Shown piece after piece: positions 1-11,344 of a stretch of DNA of 58,242 nucleotides (the first letter of the stretch is position 1; each line of letters opens with the position of its first letter). The stretch lies in contig NC_068981.1 in NCBI RefSeq assembly GCF_001194135.2, positions 103,907,044 to 103,965,285 of the forward strand, written 5' to 3'. Origin of the DNA: Octopus bimaculoides (lineage: Eukaryota). The translations under genes were made by a program, and so were the position numbers. The notes under the pieces were generated by a model. The model made no database searches and was not told the origin of the DNA. It was given only the letters and a program-made list of their open reading frames with translations.

Positions 1-52
1 ATATATATATATATATATATATATATAGATATAGATAGATAGATAGACAGAT
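1..52. repeat. (TA)n/(GATA)n microsatellite
   Basis: Direct simple repeat at window start. Confidence 0.95.
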
Positions 53-90
53 ACTTTTTTGGTTCAGTCTTATTCTTATTTCATCCTTCT

Positions 91-258
91 TTAGCTGCAT
101 TTTGTCCATCTTTACGTTCTGAGTTCAAATTCCACTGTGGTCCATTTTGCCTTTCACCCTTTCAGGGTTGAAAAAAGTACTAGTTCATCACTGGGGTCAA
201 AGTAATCGATTTACTCCTCCTCTTGAAATTGCTGGCCTTGTGCCACAATTTGAAATCG
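91..258 (+). mobile_element. tRNA-derived SINE, family B (Deu/Nin-like central segment)
   Basis: B-box-like GAGTTCAAATTCC, body GCCTTTCACCCTTTCAGGG..AAGTAC..CTGGGGTC, tail CTGGCCTTGTGCCACAATTTGAAA. The same sequence recurs about 10 times in the window. The Nin-domain resemblance is from memory. Confidence 0.75.
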
Positions 259-291
259 ATATTAGCTTTCTTTTTCTTTTTATAATATTTC

Positions 292-521
292 TTAACCCTT
301 TTGTTACCATATTTCTGTTGAGATGCTCTATGTTTCTTCCAATTAATTTTGAGTATAACAAAGAATTTAGTAAAATAACTTGGTTATCATTAAACTAGTG
401 TTAGGAACATAAATTTTGACTAAGGTTTTGTGAAAGATGTTTATTAAGAACTTTTAAAAATGAAACATTTGTACCTCAGAGCCAGAGGCGGTTTCAGCCG
501 GGTTGGTATCAAAGGGGTTAA
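292..521. mobile_element. piggyBac-type MITE (TTAA target duplication)
   Basis: TTAA at 292-295 and 518-521. Ends CCCTTTTGTTACCA versus reverse-complemented right end CCCCTTTGATACCA (12/14). Non-coding interior. Confidence 0.75.
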
Positions 522-772
522 GCAGAATCTCCTTGACTGGTTAAGTTGATATAGCTTATATCCATTCTGAATTACTGCTGATTAATGTATACATAAAAAG
601 TATGGGGGACGAGAAAACCAGAAATATTGTCTGAAATCTGTACAAATTAATTTTATTAGAGGCACCCACAAACTCAAGTGTTAGTTTTAAAGGGGTCAGC
701 ATATTACTCCACCCATAAAGAGACTGCTTCTTTTCAAAACTAATTCAGATCTATTTAGATATTAACTGCTGA

Positions 773-1088
773 AGGCACATGATTTAGTGGTTAGAGTTAT
801 TCAGCTCATGATGGTAAGGTCTTGAGTTTGATTCCTGGAGGTGCATTGTGTCCTTGAGCAAGACACTTTATTTCATGTTGCTCTCGTCCACTCAGCTGGC
901 AAAAATGAGTTGTATCTGTAATTCAAATGGCCAGCTCTGTCAAATTGTGTCACACTGAATCTCCCGGAGAACTACATAAAGAATACATGTTTGTGGAGTG
1001 TTCAGTGACTTGCATGTTAATTTCACAAGCTGGCTGTTCCATTGATTGGATCAACTGGAATTCTCATTGTCATAAGCAATCGAGTGCT
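773..1088 (+). mobile_element. tRNA-derived SINE, family C
   Basis: A-box-like TTTAGTGG, B-box-like GAGTTTGATTCC, CORE-like GTGTCCTTGAGCAAGACAC, tail GATCAACTGGAA..GTCATAAGCAATCGAGTGC. Homologous copies at about 32850, 33437, 38858 and 39150. Confidence 0.8.
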
Positions 1089-2083
1089 ACTTGCTGATAT
1101 TACAGAATTGCACATTTCGTCACACAAACCTATGATCAATATAAAGGTTTCTTTATTATTATTTCATAGTTTATATGGATGTTAGATTGTTAGCATATTG
1201 CACAAGATGTTTTGCAGTATTTGTTTCAGCTCTGCAAAGTTGACCTCAATAAGATGTTCAGATCAACTTTGTCTTTCATCCTCCTGTGACCAATAAGATA
1301 AAGTACCAGTCATTTACTGGGACTGTTCTCTACCTTCAAACTTCTGGCCAAGCTAGAAAGCCTTATATTTATAAATTTATAGTCATAAAACTTTTGATAT
1401 TAAGGTGCTGTGCTACTGGTCTTGTGGCAGTGACTTCAGACCTTATTACAATAAACCACTGTATTGTGCCCTTGCACAAAGCATATAAATTTGCCAATTT
1501 GACTCTGTATTTTCTAAGTATAATTTGGTAGAAATAAAATTCCAATTTCCTTCAAATCAGATCCTTTCATCTTAAAAACATAAAAGCTCCTAACAGACAA
1601 CAAACTCATTGACATACAAAAAGATTGGATGTTACAGCTTGAACACCTTTCATCATAGGTTTGTTTAATCATGACTGACCAGAGATTAAAAGATATCAAC
1701 AACTCTTCTTGTTCCAGTTTACATGGCAAAACATATTCTGCTCCTATTTCTTAACTATGGTTAGCAGTAGCAGTGGGTATCTAGAAGTAAAAATATATTT
1801 TTAGTTTAAAATGTATATATAAAAAAAAAAAAAATTACCCCTCTAATGTTAGCATGAGAAAAAAATTCTGTGGAACTAAAAAAAGTGCTTTTACATATAT
1901 TGAAGCTATTCACTTGTATGTTAGTCACAAAGTCTGTGATTAAATTAATGATTCTGTGCAGAAATGGAATTTTACATAAGGTTACATAAATTGTCTTTCA
2001 GTTTTTGAACTGATTAGAATTCAGCCAGGTTTTACAAAATATATAAATAAATATAACCATTTTTTTTTTTTTTTTACTCCAAG

Positions 2084-2117
2084 TTTGTTGTGGGGTATTG
2101 GAAAGACATGGTTGCCA
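2084..2117 (+). other. weak candidate 34-nt micro-exon
   Basis: Long T tract, then ACTCCAAG acceptor and GTAAGT donor at 2118. Open in all three frames; one frame joins 4353-4386 without a stop. Confidence 0.2.
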
Positions 2118-2369
2118 GTAAGTTCTTGACAGCAGGCTTTACTGGGCAAAACCATATCTGCTGAATGTAGATTAACTCTGTAGAATTTATGACACTTGAT
2201 GGAAAAACTTTCAAGCTCTAAAACATATTGACTCATAATTGATCGTTTGCAACTATAAATACAATGTAAAAAAAGAAAAAAGAAAAGAAAAATGACAACC
2301 AAAAACAAGAAGTAGATTTATAATAACTTTCCAGCGTCACCCACTCTTCAAATGATAAATATTACTGCT

Positions 2370-2885
2370 TGCATCATTCTCATAAATTCCTACACCATCG
2401 CTGTTTCAGCATCGCTGTTGTTGACAATATCGGCTCCATTATGTACATCCTCACCATTCTCATCATCATAACTAACACTACCCATCAACATCTCCATTAT
2501 TATTGTTGTCATTGTTATCATCATCATTATCATCACCATCGTCATCATCATCATCATCATCATCTTCATTATCATCACCATCGTCATCATCTTCATCATC
2601 ATTATCATCACTATCGTCATCATCTTCATCATCATCATCATCTGTTTCTTTATTATCATCACTACTTCAACTACCTTCATCATTCTGCATCATCATTGTT
2701 ATCTTTACACTCTCCTATCATGAATTGTACTACCATTAAACTACTACTATTCATATCATCATCATCATTGTCATCTCTACCATCATCACCACCTCATCAC
2801 AGAACCTGCTATTATCTTCTTTACTATCACATAAACACTAGCATTATGTTCTTCGTCATTATCCTCATATGTCACATTTATCATC
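2370..2885. repeat. degenerate (CAT)n/(ATC)n trinucleotide low-complexity tract
   Basis: Direct. Explains the overlapping poly-His, poly-Ser and poly-Met ORFs. Confidence 0.9.
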
Positions 2886-3520
2886 AGAATTCCATTTAGA
2901 CATCCTGGCATCCATTCTCTGTGTTTCTTCTCGTCTCACTTTTTGTTTTTGTGTCTTGTTCTTTTGTCTTATATCATCACCTAAATTGAAATATTGTAAT
3001 CAAAATTCTCATGAAAAGGCAATTTTTTAAAAAAGTATTTAATTTTGTTTCCAAGAGGTCAACTCTACATAAGTTGTTCACATTTGTTTAAGTTCATATT
3101 TGTTGCAAGAATTTCATGATATTTCTTTTTGTCATTTCATGTGACTCTGTGTTTGTATAATACATTGGTCAACCTTTTGCTGTCAAATGTTTTGTCTTAA
3201 TTCTTAGTCAGAATATATATTCATTCTTTAAACAAAAACTCATTAATATAAACTATAATTTTTTAGTGCTATGTCTTTGGTTATGTAATAAAACTGTTTG
3301 CCTATCTTACTGTTTGTCTAATATATTCTGTACCTTTCTGAAAAATGCAAGACAGCTCAACAGCTTAATTTAGTAAAATGTCTTATAATAGCCAATAATG
3401 TTAATTTTAGCTACAAACAACTTCACACACCATTTTGTGGTGTTTTCTTTGAGGAGTAGATATTTGTTTCAATCTGTATTTTTAATTTTTTTTTTTTCAT
3501 ATATTCTGTATATATTATAT

Positions 3521-3742
3521 TATGAGGTGGGTGCTGAAAAGTTCCTGGCTTTAAGGGTATCATGAAAGGCCTGGTTAGAGGCTCAACCTTCCAAGTTCTT
3601 TTACTGGGCTTAGAAATCTGAAGGACTACTGCAACAAGCATGTGTATTTGAGAGAGGAATATCTTGAATAAAATCATAATTAACTGCTCCTCCTGTATTT
3701 TCTTTTAGCCAAAGCCAGGAACTTTTCAGCACCCCCCTCATA
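3521..3742. mobile_element. Tc1/mariner-type MITE
   Basis: About 32-bp TIRs including the flanking TA: TATGAGGTGGGTGCTGAAAAGTTCCTGGCTTT ... AAAGCCAGGAACTTTTCAGCACCCCCCTCATA (1 mismatch). Second copy at 25593-26201. Confidence 0.85.
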
Positions 3743-4352
3743 TATTGGTATTCCATCATTTGTGTGGTGGAGCAGACATCTGACCATAAGCACATATGTC
3801 TTGACCATCATCAGCAGTTTAAACTGGATTTTCATGGATTCACAGCTAGAGTTTTTCAGACACATGACCCCTTTAACAGTTACTGCTACCATAGGAGAGG
3901 GAGTCATTTCATCATAACCTTAGACAACCTGAAGATATACACTTACTTCTAAAGTAGGTTATACCTATGGTTCATAGTTTGATTCATTTCATTTCACAAA
4001 ACTGGTTTATTCCTATTCCTTAAAATACTCCATGTAGTTATAGCTGTAAAGAAGTAAGATACGCATGATTTTTTTAAAGCTTCAAGTACTTCTTTGCCTA
4101 TTAGAGGACCCATCTAGCTTATCCTACTACCATTTGATTATTGCAGATTACCGATTTAATGTATTGTCAGTGGCAAATCATATTTTAAGCTACTCAGTGA
4201 AACAGTAGACTGACTCAGTATATAAATTTTTATAGTGGTTGCTTATATATTTTAATTTTTCCCCTGCTGAATCAGTCTGAGAATTTATTAATTCTGCATT
4301 TCCATTTTTATTATCTGTTTAATTAACTTTTTTTTAATTTATTTTTATCCAG

Positions 4353-4386
4353 ACGTGGTCTCTTAGCGCTCTATGTGACTAACTTG
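4353..4386 (+). CDS. candidate 34-nt internal coding micro-exon (x-RGLLALYVTNL) of an unidentified host gene
   Basis: Strong acceptor TTTTTTTTAATTTATTTTTATCCAG and consensus donor TTG|GTGAGT. Non-repetitive, with CpGs retained. Only one of three frames is stop-free. Confidence 0.45.
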
Positions 4387-5226
4387 GTGAGTAAAACGTC
4401 CATCTATTCATTATTAAGGAATAATGAAAAGTTATTTTTGAGATTTACAAAAGATTAAATTTCTAATTATTGTCTGAAATAAAAGAATAAAAAAAAAAGT
4501 AAATGTCCATTTAACTTTGACCTAGCATCCATTTGTTAAAAATTATTGTGAAATAGCATGTAAGAAGATAACTTGTTATTGTTGCTATTGTTGATGAGTA
4601 ATTTTCCACTACAAAATTGGTTTTTCATATTATCTGATTAAACTAGTCTCTTCAAAACTTGAAGCTCCATTTGCATTTAAATAATTCTATAATTGCAAGG
4701 TGACAAAACAGTTGCTAATTCTGATGCATTCCTGCTGCTCATAACAATAAAGCCATACCCTGGTCTCTTCTGCAAGCATGCTTGCACCAGCTACCCTTGA
4801 AAACATCATTTCTCAAACTTTTCAAGTGGATTGCTCAGAAAATATTCTTGTTTCTCCTTCCCCCTTTATACATGCCTAGAGTTTGTACAAAGAAGGATTT
4901 AATGTGAGCACTATTATTTCATGAAAAACCTTTAAGCTATAGACTGTCTCAGATCCAAACTAATGAGTCCTAAAACACAGTCATCACTGTTGCTTCTAAA
5001 TAAAGAAGTTGTAAGTGTAAAGATGAATACTGTGTGGTGAGCAATTCAAATAATCTAATTCAGTTCAACTATAGGAGATAAATGCAAACCTTTCCTTACG
5101 GTCAAGAAACTGTGATGAAAATCTTTTACTTGTTTCTGTCATTGTCTGCGGTCATGCTGGGATACTGTCTTTAAGGGTTTCAATCGAACAAATTGCCTAC
5201 AGCACTTATATGTGCACACTTTTGTG

Positions 5227-5550
5227 GAGGCATGTGGCTCAGCTGGTTAGAACATCAGGCTAATAATCTTGAGGTTGTGAGTTCAGTCCCTGGACGAGGC
5301 CGTGTGTTGTATTCTTGAGCAAGAGCCTTTATTTCACATCACTCTTGTTCACTCAGATTTAGAAATGAGTTGCGATGTCACTGGTGCCAAGCTGTATCAG
5401 CCTTGGATAACATCAGTGACATGGAGAGGGGAAACCAGTATGTATGGATGACAGCTGGTCTTCCACAAGAAAACCTTGCCCAGACTTGTGCCTCTAAGGA
5501 TAATTTTCTAGGTGCAATCCTATGGTCATATATGACTGATGGGGGGGGAT
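5227..5550 (+). mobile_element. tRNA-derived SINE, family D
   Basis: TGGCTCAGCTGG A-box, GAGTTCAGTCCC B-box, tail ..GGTGCAATCCTATGGTCATATATGACTGA. Inverted homologue at 12887-13190. Confidence 0.75.
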
Positions 5551-5560
5551 CTTTTTTTTT

Positions 5561-5822
5561 ACTTATTATATTGGTCTCTTTTGCTGAACTGCTAAGTTAA
5601 AAGGATATGGAGAAACAAGCGCAAAGGCACACTACACATAGTTAAATATATACTTATACACATGTGCACACAAAAAACACACACACACACACGCATACAA
5701 ATCCACTAACAAGGCTTTGGTCAGCCTGGGGATATAGTTGAAGACACTTACCAAAGGTGCCATACAGTGAGATTGCACTTGGGACCATGTAGTTAGGAAG
5801 CAAACTTCTTACTACACTTCCA
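5561..5822 (-). mobile_element. degenerate SINE family A
   Basis: Diverged match to the family A copies at 12298 and 19488, with an internal (CA)n. Confidence 0.7.
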
Positions 5823-5862
5823 TATATACAAACACACACACACACATATGTGTGTGTGTGTG

Positions 5863-5902
<40 letters not shown>

Positions 5903-6384
5903 TGTGTGAGTTAGAGGTTAAGTAATCATCCAAGGGATATTAATAGATATAATTGATTGTTTTCAGGATGATGATTGTCAATTATTTATCCTCTTCATTT
6001 TCTTACTTGCCTTATGTATATAGCTTATTGTGCAGCTCTGAAAGTATCCAAAAGAAGTTTCCTTATTTTCCATATTTTTACAGGAGCTTTTACATATTCT
6101 ACATGCATCTAGCATTGCAGGGCATTCTCTTCACCAATTATTGGCTGAGTTCAAAATAGAATTTGGGACTTTCCAATAGCAATGATGCTACCAAGGAATG
6201 TCCAAGTTCTTTTAACCTGTAGTGTGACAAGTTTAATTTCTCTCTCCAGTTATTCTATGCAGCCATCAAGTCAAACTGAGATCTGCTGTAAACACATCAG
6301 CCATGCAGTATCTATTATGCTTTACTATTTGCTGGTGATTTGTTTTTCATTTTCTGCTTTGGTCTTTCTCTTTCATGCCTCAGC

Positions 6385-6730
6385 CATATATATTCATGAT
6401 AAAGCAGTAAAATATTCTCTGCTTTTTTTCTGCAGATCACAAATCCCAGCTCGGCTATCCTTTGTAAGTTGAATGCCAGCTTGGTAGGATATCATCGATT
6501 TAGCCACAAACCCCCAGCACCCTGCATCTGCTGGAAAAACTGATCCCTGTTGTTCTCATTCCTTATACAATTCATTAAACCCTTCATATATTTGGCACTT
6601 CTTTCATGTACCTCCACCCATGTTGCTCTCCTGAGGCACCATTAACTAAAGAAGCAGAACATTTTCTCAAATCAGACCATGCGATAAGGTTAAGTTTGTT
6701 GTTCCAATATTGCAAATCTTCCGAATCCAC
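6385..6730 (-). mobile_element. relic of restriction-like endonuclease (RLE) domain of a HERO/R2-superfamily non-LTR retrotransposon
   Basis: Manual minus-strand translation across frameshifts: TTNL..IAWSDLRK..VLLL*LMVPQESN..AKY..VFPADAGCWGFVAKS. This matches the RPDIVxWS..ELTVPWE..KY..FPVEVGCRGF RLE signature. Confidence 0.7.
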
Positions 6731-7391
6731 CTGTAACTATCAAACTTTTGTACAATAAAAATGAAGATAACAAAAAACTGTGTATTTGTGTATGTATGTC
6801 TGTGTGTATTTGTGTCTCTCTGTATAGTTGTTTTATAGTGTGTTTGTGTACATATATATTTGTATTTGTATTCATTTTAAATGTACATATATTATCACAT
6901 AAAGATATATGCATGCAAAAGGGTGAGAGATTGTGCATATAAGCTCAGATATGCAAACTGCAAACATAGAAATTCAAAAAAAAAAAGAAGCTTTTTCAGC
7001 ATAAACCTCTTTTCTCCAAGTAAATATTTTCCTCTGTTTACCTTCGTTTTTGCTGTAAGAATTTATTTTCTTTTCTTCAGGTAATGAATCATATCACATT
7101 GAAAAGTTGGATGTTTTGTTCCAGATTGATTTATTTATGTCAAAATTTTTTTTTATTTTGCTTTCAGCACTTTTGTACTTCTTTTATTATCGTAGATATT
7201 ATTCCATATTTTGGTATATTTCCATTGTTATCACACACATGCACGCACGCATACACACACACACATGCACACGCACACACACACACATAAAATACATATA
7301 TATAATTAAATATGTATACATATGTGTGTGAGAGTATGTATATATTATATCTATGTATATAAAAGTGACTAGGGGTACTAGTTAGCACCAG

Positions 7392-8790
7392 CAGTGGTGG
7401 ATCTACCATAAAACTAATGAAGCTTAAAACTTAAGCTGTTTCTGCTGGTGTGGAGTAGCATAAAAAATAAAAGTACAAATGACTCGCAGATAATTCGCTT
7501 TACATGAATTACTTTGGAAACTTCAGCCCTGCCCCTCCCATTGTCAAACATGTCTACTACGACATCAGCATGGTAGAATTCTTATCTTCACACCATTATT
7601 TAATGCCTCCTAATTTTGGACTTACAATCTGTTCAGTAGCAAAGCAGTTTTTCTTCTTTAAAAATTGTTTGAATATCACCTTGTACAAAATGAACAATTC
7701 TTCATTTATGACTATATATTAAGTTGTGGACCCTTATCTTGATCGATCTCTGTCTCGCTGTGGTTAATGAAAATATTACCCCAATTTTATTTCACAGAGG
7801 TCTAGGCCCCAAGAGGAATAACAATGTCTTCAAGAAAGTACTTGAGTGAATACCAGAAACACTAACTCAAGGAAAAGCAATCTAACGAAATTTCTAAATG
7901 TCAAAAACTATCAAACTATTTTACAACGTCAAGTAAAAGTTTGTCATCACCTGCAACTGAAATAAGCCATGCAAGCACTAGTGAAGTCAATGATAGTGCG
8001 CAAACCATGACTGCTCTGTTTACCAATAATCAACCTACTGTTGACACTTTTGGTGATGATCAAGGTAGTCAAAAACTTCGAGAAAAGAGAGAGCAGAAAC
8101 AGAAAACAGAAAGCAAATTTAGTGATTTCAAAGAATACAATGACCTGGCAAACTGGCCCGTAGAAATTGGTAAGGATTTCATACAAAACTGTTTAATGCA
8201 AGACATCAATTTTTTTCAAAATAAAAAAAGAGATAATGCATATACTGAATCCAACAAGATTTACAAACAGCAAAATCAAAGTTTCTCAAACAAGTATTTT
8301 GAAAAAAGATTGAAAAATTCTCAGACTGTGATGAGATCCAGGTTAGTTTACTCAAAGAGCAAACTCTTTTCTAAATGGCCAATATCACTTACAATGGGTG
8401 GGTTTTCTGTTTGGATGAATATACTCAGAACTCTGGAAAATCATGACAGCATGGAACATAACAGCGATGATGAACTGGCTAACACAAAAGTCAAACAAAA
8501 ACACTGCAAATCAGCAACTTGAGGAACAGTTGAGAAAACATATGCAGTACTGTTTTGAAGTACTAAAAAGAGTTGTAGCAGATATAAGGTATTTAAGTGA
8601 AAGAGGTTTAGCATTTAGAGATCATGAGGAAAAGTGGGGCTCTCTAAACAATGGAAATTTCATGGGAGCCATTCAGCTTATTGTGGAGTTTGACCCATTT
8701 TTACATGAACATTTAGAGAAATGTAAAAATGAAAAAGTAAATATTACTTACCTATCCAAATCTGTGTATGAAGAATTGATACATTGATAT
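7392..8790 (+). mobile_element. 5' part of a hAT transposon (TTF zinc finger + DUF4371, ZMYM1-like) transposase pseudogene
   Basis: hAT-like left end CAGTGGTGGATCTACC..GAAGCTTA. ATG at 7824 with an in-frame stop at codon 14. Motifs LANWP..RLKNSQ..RLVYSKS..GFSVW..HDSMEH, then RYLSERGLAFRDHEE..NNGNF..FDPFL..TYLS. Truncated at about 8790. Confidence 0.85.
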
Positions 8791-8822
8791 ATAGATGTTT
8801 CACTGCCATGTAGCATGGCTGT

Positions 8823-9300
8823 TCATACACATGTGTCATACAGTCTGCCTTTTACTCTGAGCAAAAGGCCCTTTGTCACCAGCAGAGGTAAGAGCTCTCT
8901 GAACCAGGCTATTCTTATTCTAGCAGCTACACTTTCAGCGCACCCTCCCCCTCTACTGACTTGGTCACCTAGGTAACGGAAGCTATCAACTACTTCTAGT
9001 TTTTCTCCCTGGAATGTGGCAAAAGTTGTTTTCTGCACATTCACAGTGTTTATTGCTCCTGAACATCTACCACATACAAAAACTATCTTCCTAGTTAACC
9101 TCCCTTTGATATTGCTGCACCTCTTATGTGTCCATAGTTTACACTGGGTACATCTTATAAAGTTTCTACCTACGACTTTTCGACAGATCGAGCAGGGCCA
9201 TCTACCTGAAGGGGTTTGTGGTTCGTCTGCGTTCCTACTTATTAGGACCTTGGTTTTAGCTAGATTGACTCAAAGGCCCTTCGAGTCTAATGTATCAACC
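8823..9300 (-). mobile_element. RTE-clade LINE fragment (RT C-terminal part with inserted PHD-like finger)
   Basis: VNLAKTKV..WPCSIC..CTQC..HKRC..CGRC..LEVVDSFRYLGD..RIRIAW..LLVTKG..KGRLYD. Homologous to 42960-44250. Confidence 0.85.
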
Positions 9301-9424
9301 CCAGTACTTATTTTTTAAAGCCTGGTTCTCATTCTATCAGTCTCTTTTGCTGAACTGCTAGGTTATGAGGACATAAACACACCAGCACCAGTTGTCAAGC
9401 GGTGGTGGGGAGAGACAAACACAA

Positions 9425-9471
<47 letters not shown>

Positions 9472-9478
9472 AACACAA

Positions 9479-9509
<31 letters not shown>

Positions 9510-9668
9510 CGACAAGCTTCTTTCAGTTTCCATCTACCAAATTCACTCACAAGGCCTTGATTAGCCTGGGACTATAGTAGAAAACACTTGCCCAAGGTAC
9601 CATACAGATGGACTGAACCTGGAACCATGTGGTTGGGAAGCAAGTTTCTTGCCACACAACCATGCCTG
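9296..9668 (-). mobile_element. SINE family A (tRNA head, CORE-like segment, internal (CA)n(TA)n)
   Basis: Minus-strand head TGGTTGTGTGG..GGTTCAGTCC, with the conserved family body. Confidence 0.85.
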
Positions 9669-10485
9669 AACCTATGATAAATTCCGGGACTTTAAATTAG
9701 ATCATGTGATTCATCAGGAGCTGAACTGTGAGTTTGCAGCAAACGCAGCCATCTCAAGAAAGTGACTGCTTTTCATCTAATGTTTAAGCTCTATTGTTGA
9801 TACTGCAGCCATTTCACTCATAAACTTCAATATTTAAATATCATATTATGTCTTAACAATATACCATAGAATTAGCATTATGAATAGAGAGTGTGAACGT
9901 TGTTGTTGATATTACAAACATTTTTATTGAATTATAAAGTTAGAGATAAAATATTGCTGCCTGACAGCCTAAGATGTAATATTTGTGTACTGTAGCTTTC
10001 TATTTTAAGTGGTTCCAATATTACTATACTTCAGGTGATTGGTTTTAAGTAGTTATTGTTTTATTATTGTTATTGTATTTTATTTTATTTTATTTTTTAA
10101 ATCTCAAAGCTGCAACTTATTCCATCCAATATACCAATATTTTCATATTCCCATGCTGGCTATTTGAATTGTTCCATTTATATCAAAAATAAAACCTTAC
10201 ATCAGGCACCAAACAGAGGTGCAACTATTTCTATTTTGCTGCTGGTGATCATAACTTATATGTAGAGAATGCCTGCAGCTATAAATATCAACATTTTAGA
10301 TGAAATTAACTCAAGATGTATGAGAAAATTTCAGCCATATTTGATTTATTCAAATTTTCCTTTAACTTTAGTGTCCTTATGCAACTGACAGCTAGCATAG
10401 TTATTTTCTGCCTGCTATACATATAGGCATTCCCTTATATTAGGGGAAACATTGTGTTCCTGAAAAATTTTAGTGTAATGTGGGT

Positions 10486-10902
10486 GGGCAGGTGTGGATA
10501 TGTGGTAAGAAGTTTGTTACCCAACCACATGGTTTTTGGTTCAGTCCAACTGTGTGATACCTTAAGCTTGAGCAAGTGTCTTCTTCTGTAACCTTGGAGC
10601 AACTGAAAAATCTTGTAAGTGAATTTAATAGACGAAAACTGAAAGAAGCCCGTTGTGTGTGTGTGTGTGTGTTACTATCTCCTTATCATGACATCTTGTG
10701 ATAGTTGTGCGTATTACTTTCATGTAGTTGGTATCCATCATTTCCAATCTGCTGTAAAAACAAGTTTGGTTATGGGGGAAAGGTTACATTTCTTGGAAAC
10801 AGGTGTCAGTTTATGACAGGAAATCTGCCTCCTCAAATTCTGTCCAGCCCGTGGAAGCATTGAAAAATTAACATTAAAACAATGGTGATGATGATGATGA
10901 CA
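10486..10902 (+). mobile_element. SINE family A head plus composite body ending in RTE-like (GAT)n tail
   Basis: GTGTGGATATGTGGTAAG..GGTTCAGTCC..ACCTT..GCAAGTGTCTTC, ending GCATTGAAAA..ACATTAAAACAATGGTGATGATGATGATG. Confidence 0.65.
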
Positions 10903-11221
10903 GGAATTCCATAATGTAAAACCTATTTTCTTATTGATTCACTGTTACAAGAATGTTGGTTAGATGGTATATTTTACATTCCAGAATTCCACAATTTGGC
11001 AAAATTTTCAAGAATGCAACACATTCACAATGAGGGGTATTTCTGCATATATATATATATATGTACATTATTTACATTTGCCAGATATTTATCCTCATCT
11101 TGTTTGTTGTTAACACGTTTCAGCTGATATACCCTCCAGCCTTCTTCAGGTGTCTTGGGGGAAATTTCGAACTTGGATTCTCATTCCTAAGGCATTTTTC
11201 AATGTTATTATTATTATTATT

Positions 11222-11290
11222 CAGGTCATTGCTTGGAATTGAACTCGGAATCTTGGGATTAGTAGCCCGCGCTCTTAACCACTATGCCAT
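11222..11290 (-). promoter_or_regulatory. tRNA-Arg-like internal Pol III promoter (SINE head)
   Basis: A-box TGGCATAGTGG (11279-11289) and B-box GAGTTCAATTCC (11235-11246). The segment CTACTAATCCCAAGATTCC resembles tRNA-Arg(ACG) CTACGGATCAGAAGATTCC (from memory). Confidence 0.7.
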
Positions 11291-11298
11291 TTCCCCAA

Positions 11299-11344
11299 AA
11301 CACCTGATGAAGGCTGGAGGGTATATCAGCCGAAACGTTGTGTT
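11299..11344 (+). ncRNA. minimal type I hammerhead ribozyme motif (extra-A core variant)
   Basis: Stem I AACAC/GTGTT; core CTGATGA+A; stem II GGCTG/CAGCC with 10-nt loop; GAAA; loopless palindromic stem III ACGT; predicted cleavage after GUU (11339). Confidence 0.75.

Noticed and set aside
2369-2899. His-rich, Ser-rich and Met-rich ORFs
   Set aside because: Three frames of the same degenerate (CAT)n microsatellite; no splice or start context.
3790-3950. Possible R4/Dong RT remnant (..LDNLKIY)
   Set aside because: Too degenerate to support by eye; needs a profile search.
11222-11290. Possible tRNA gene
   Set aside because: The acceptor stem is missing, anticodon ACT is non-standard and it is embedded in a repeat; this is a SINE head.
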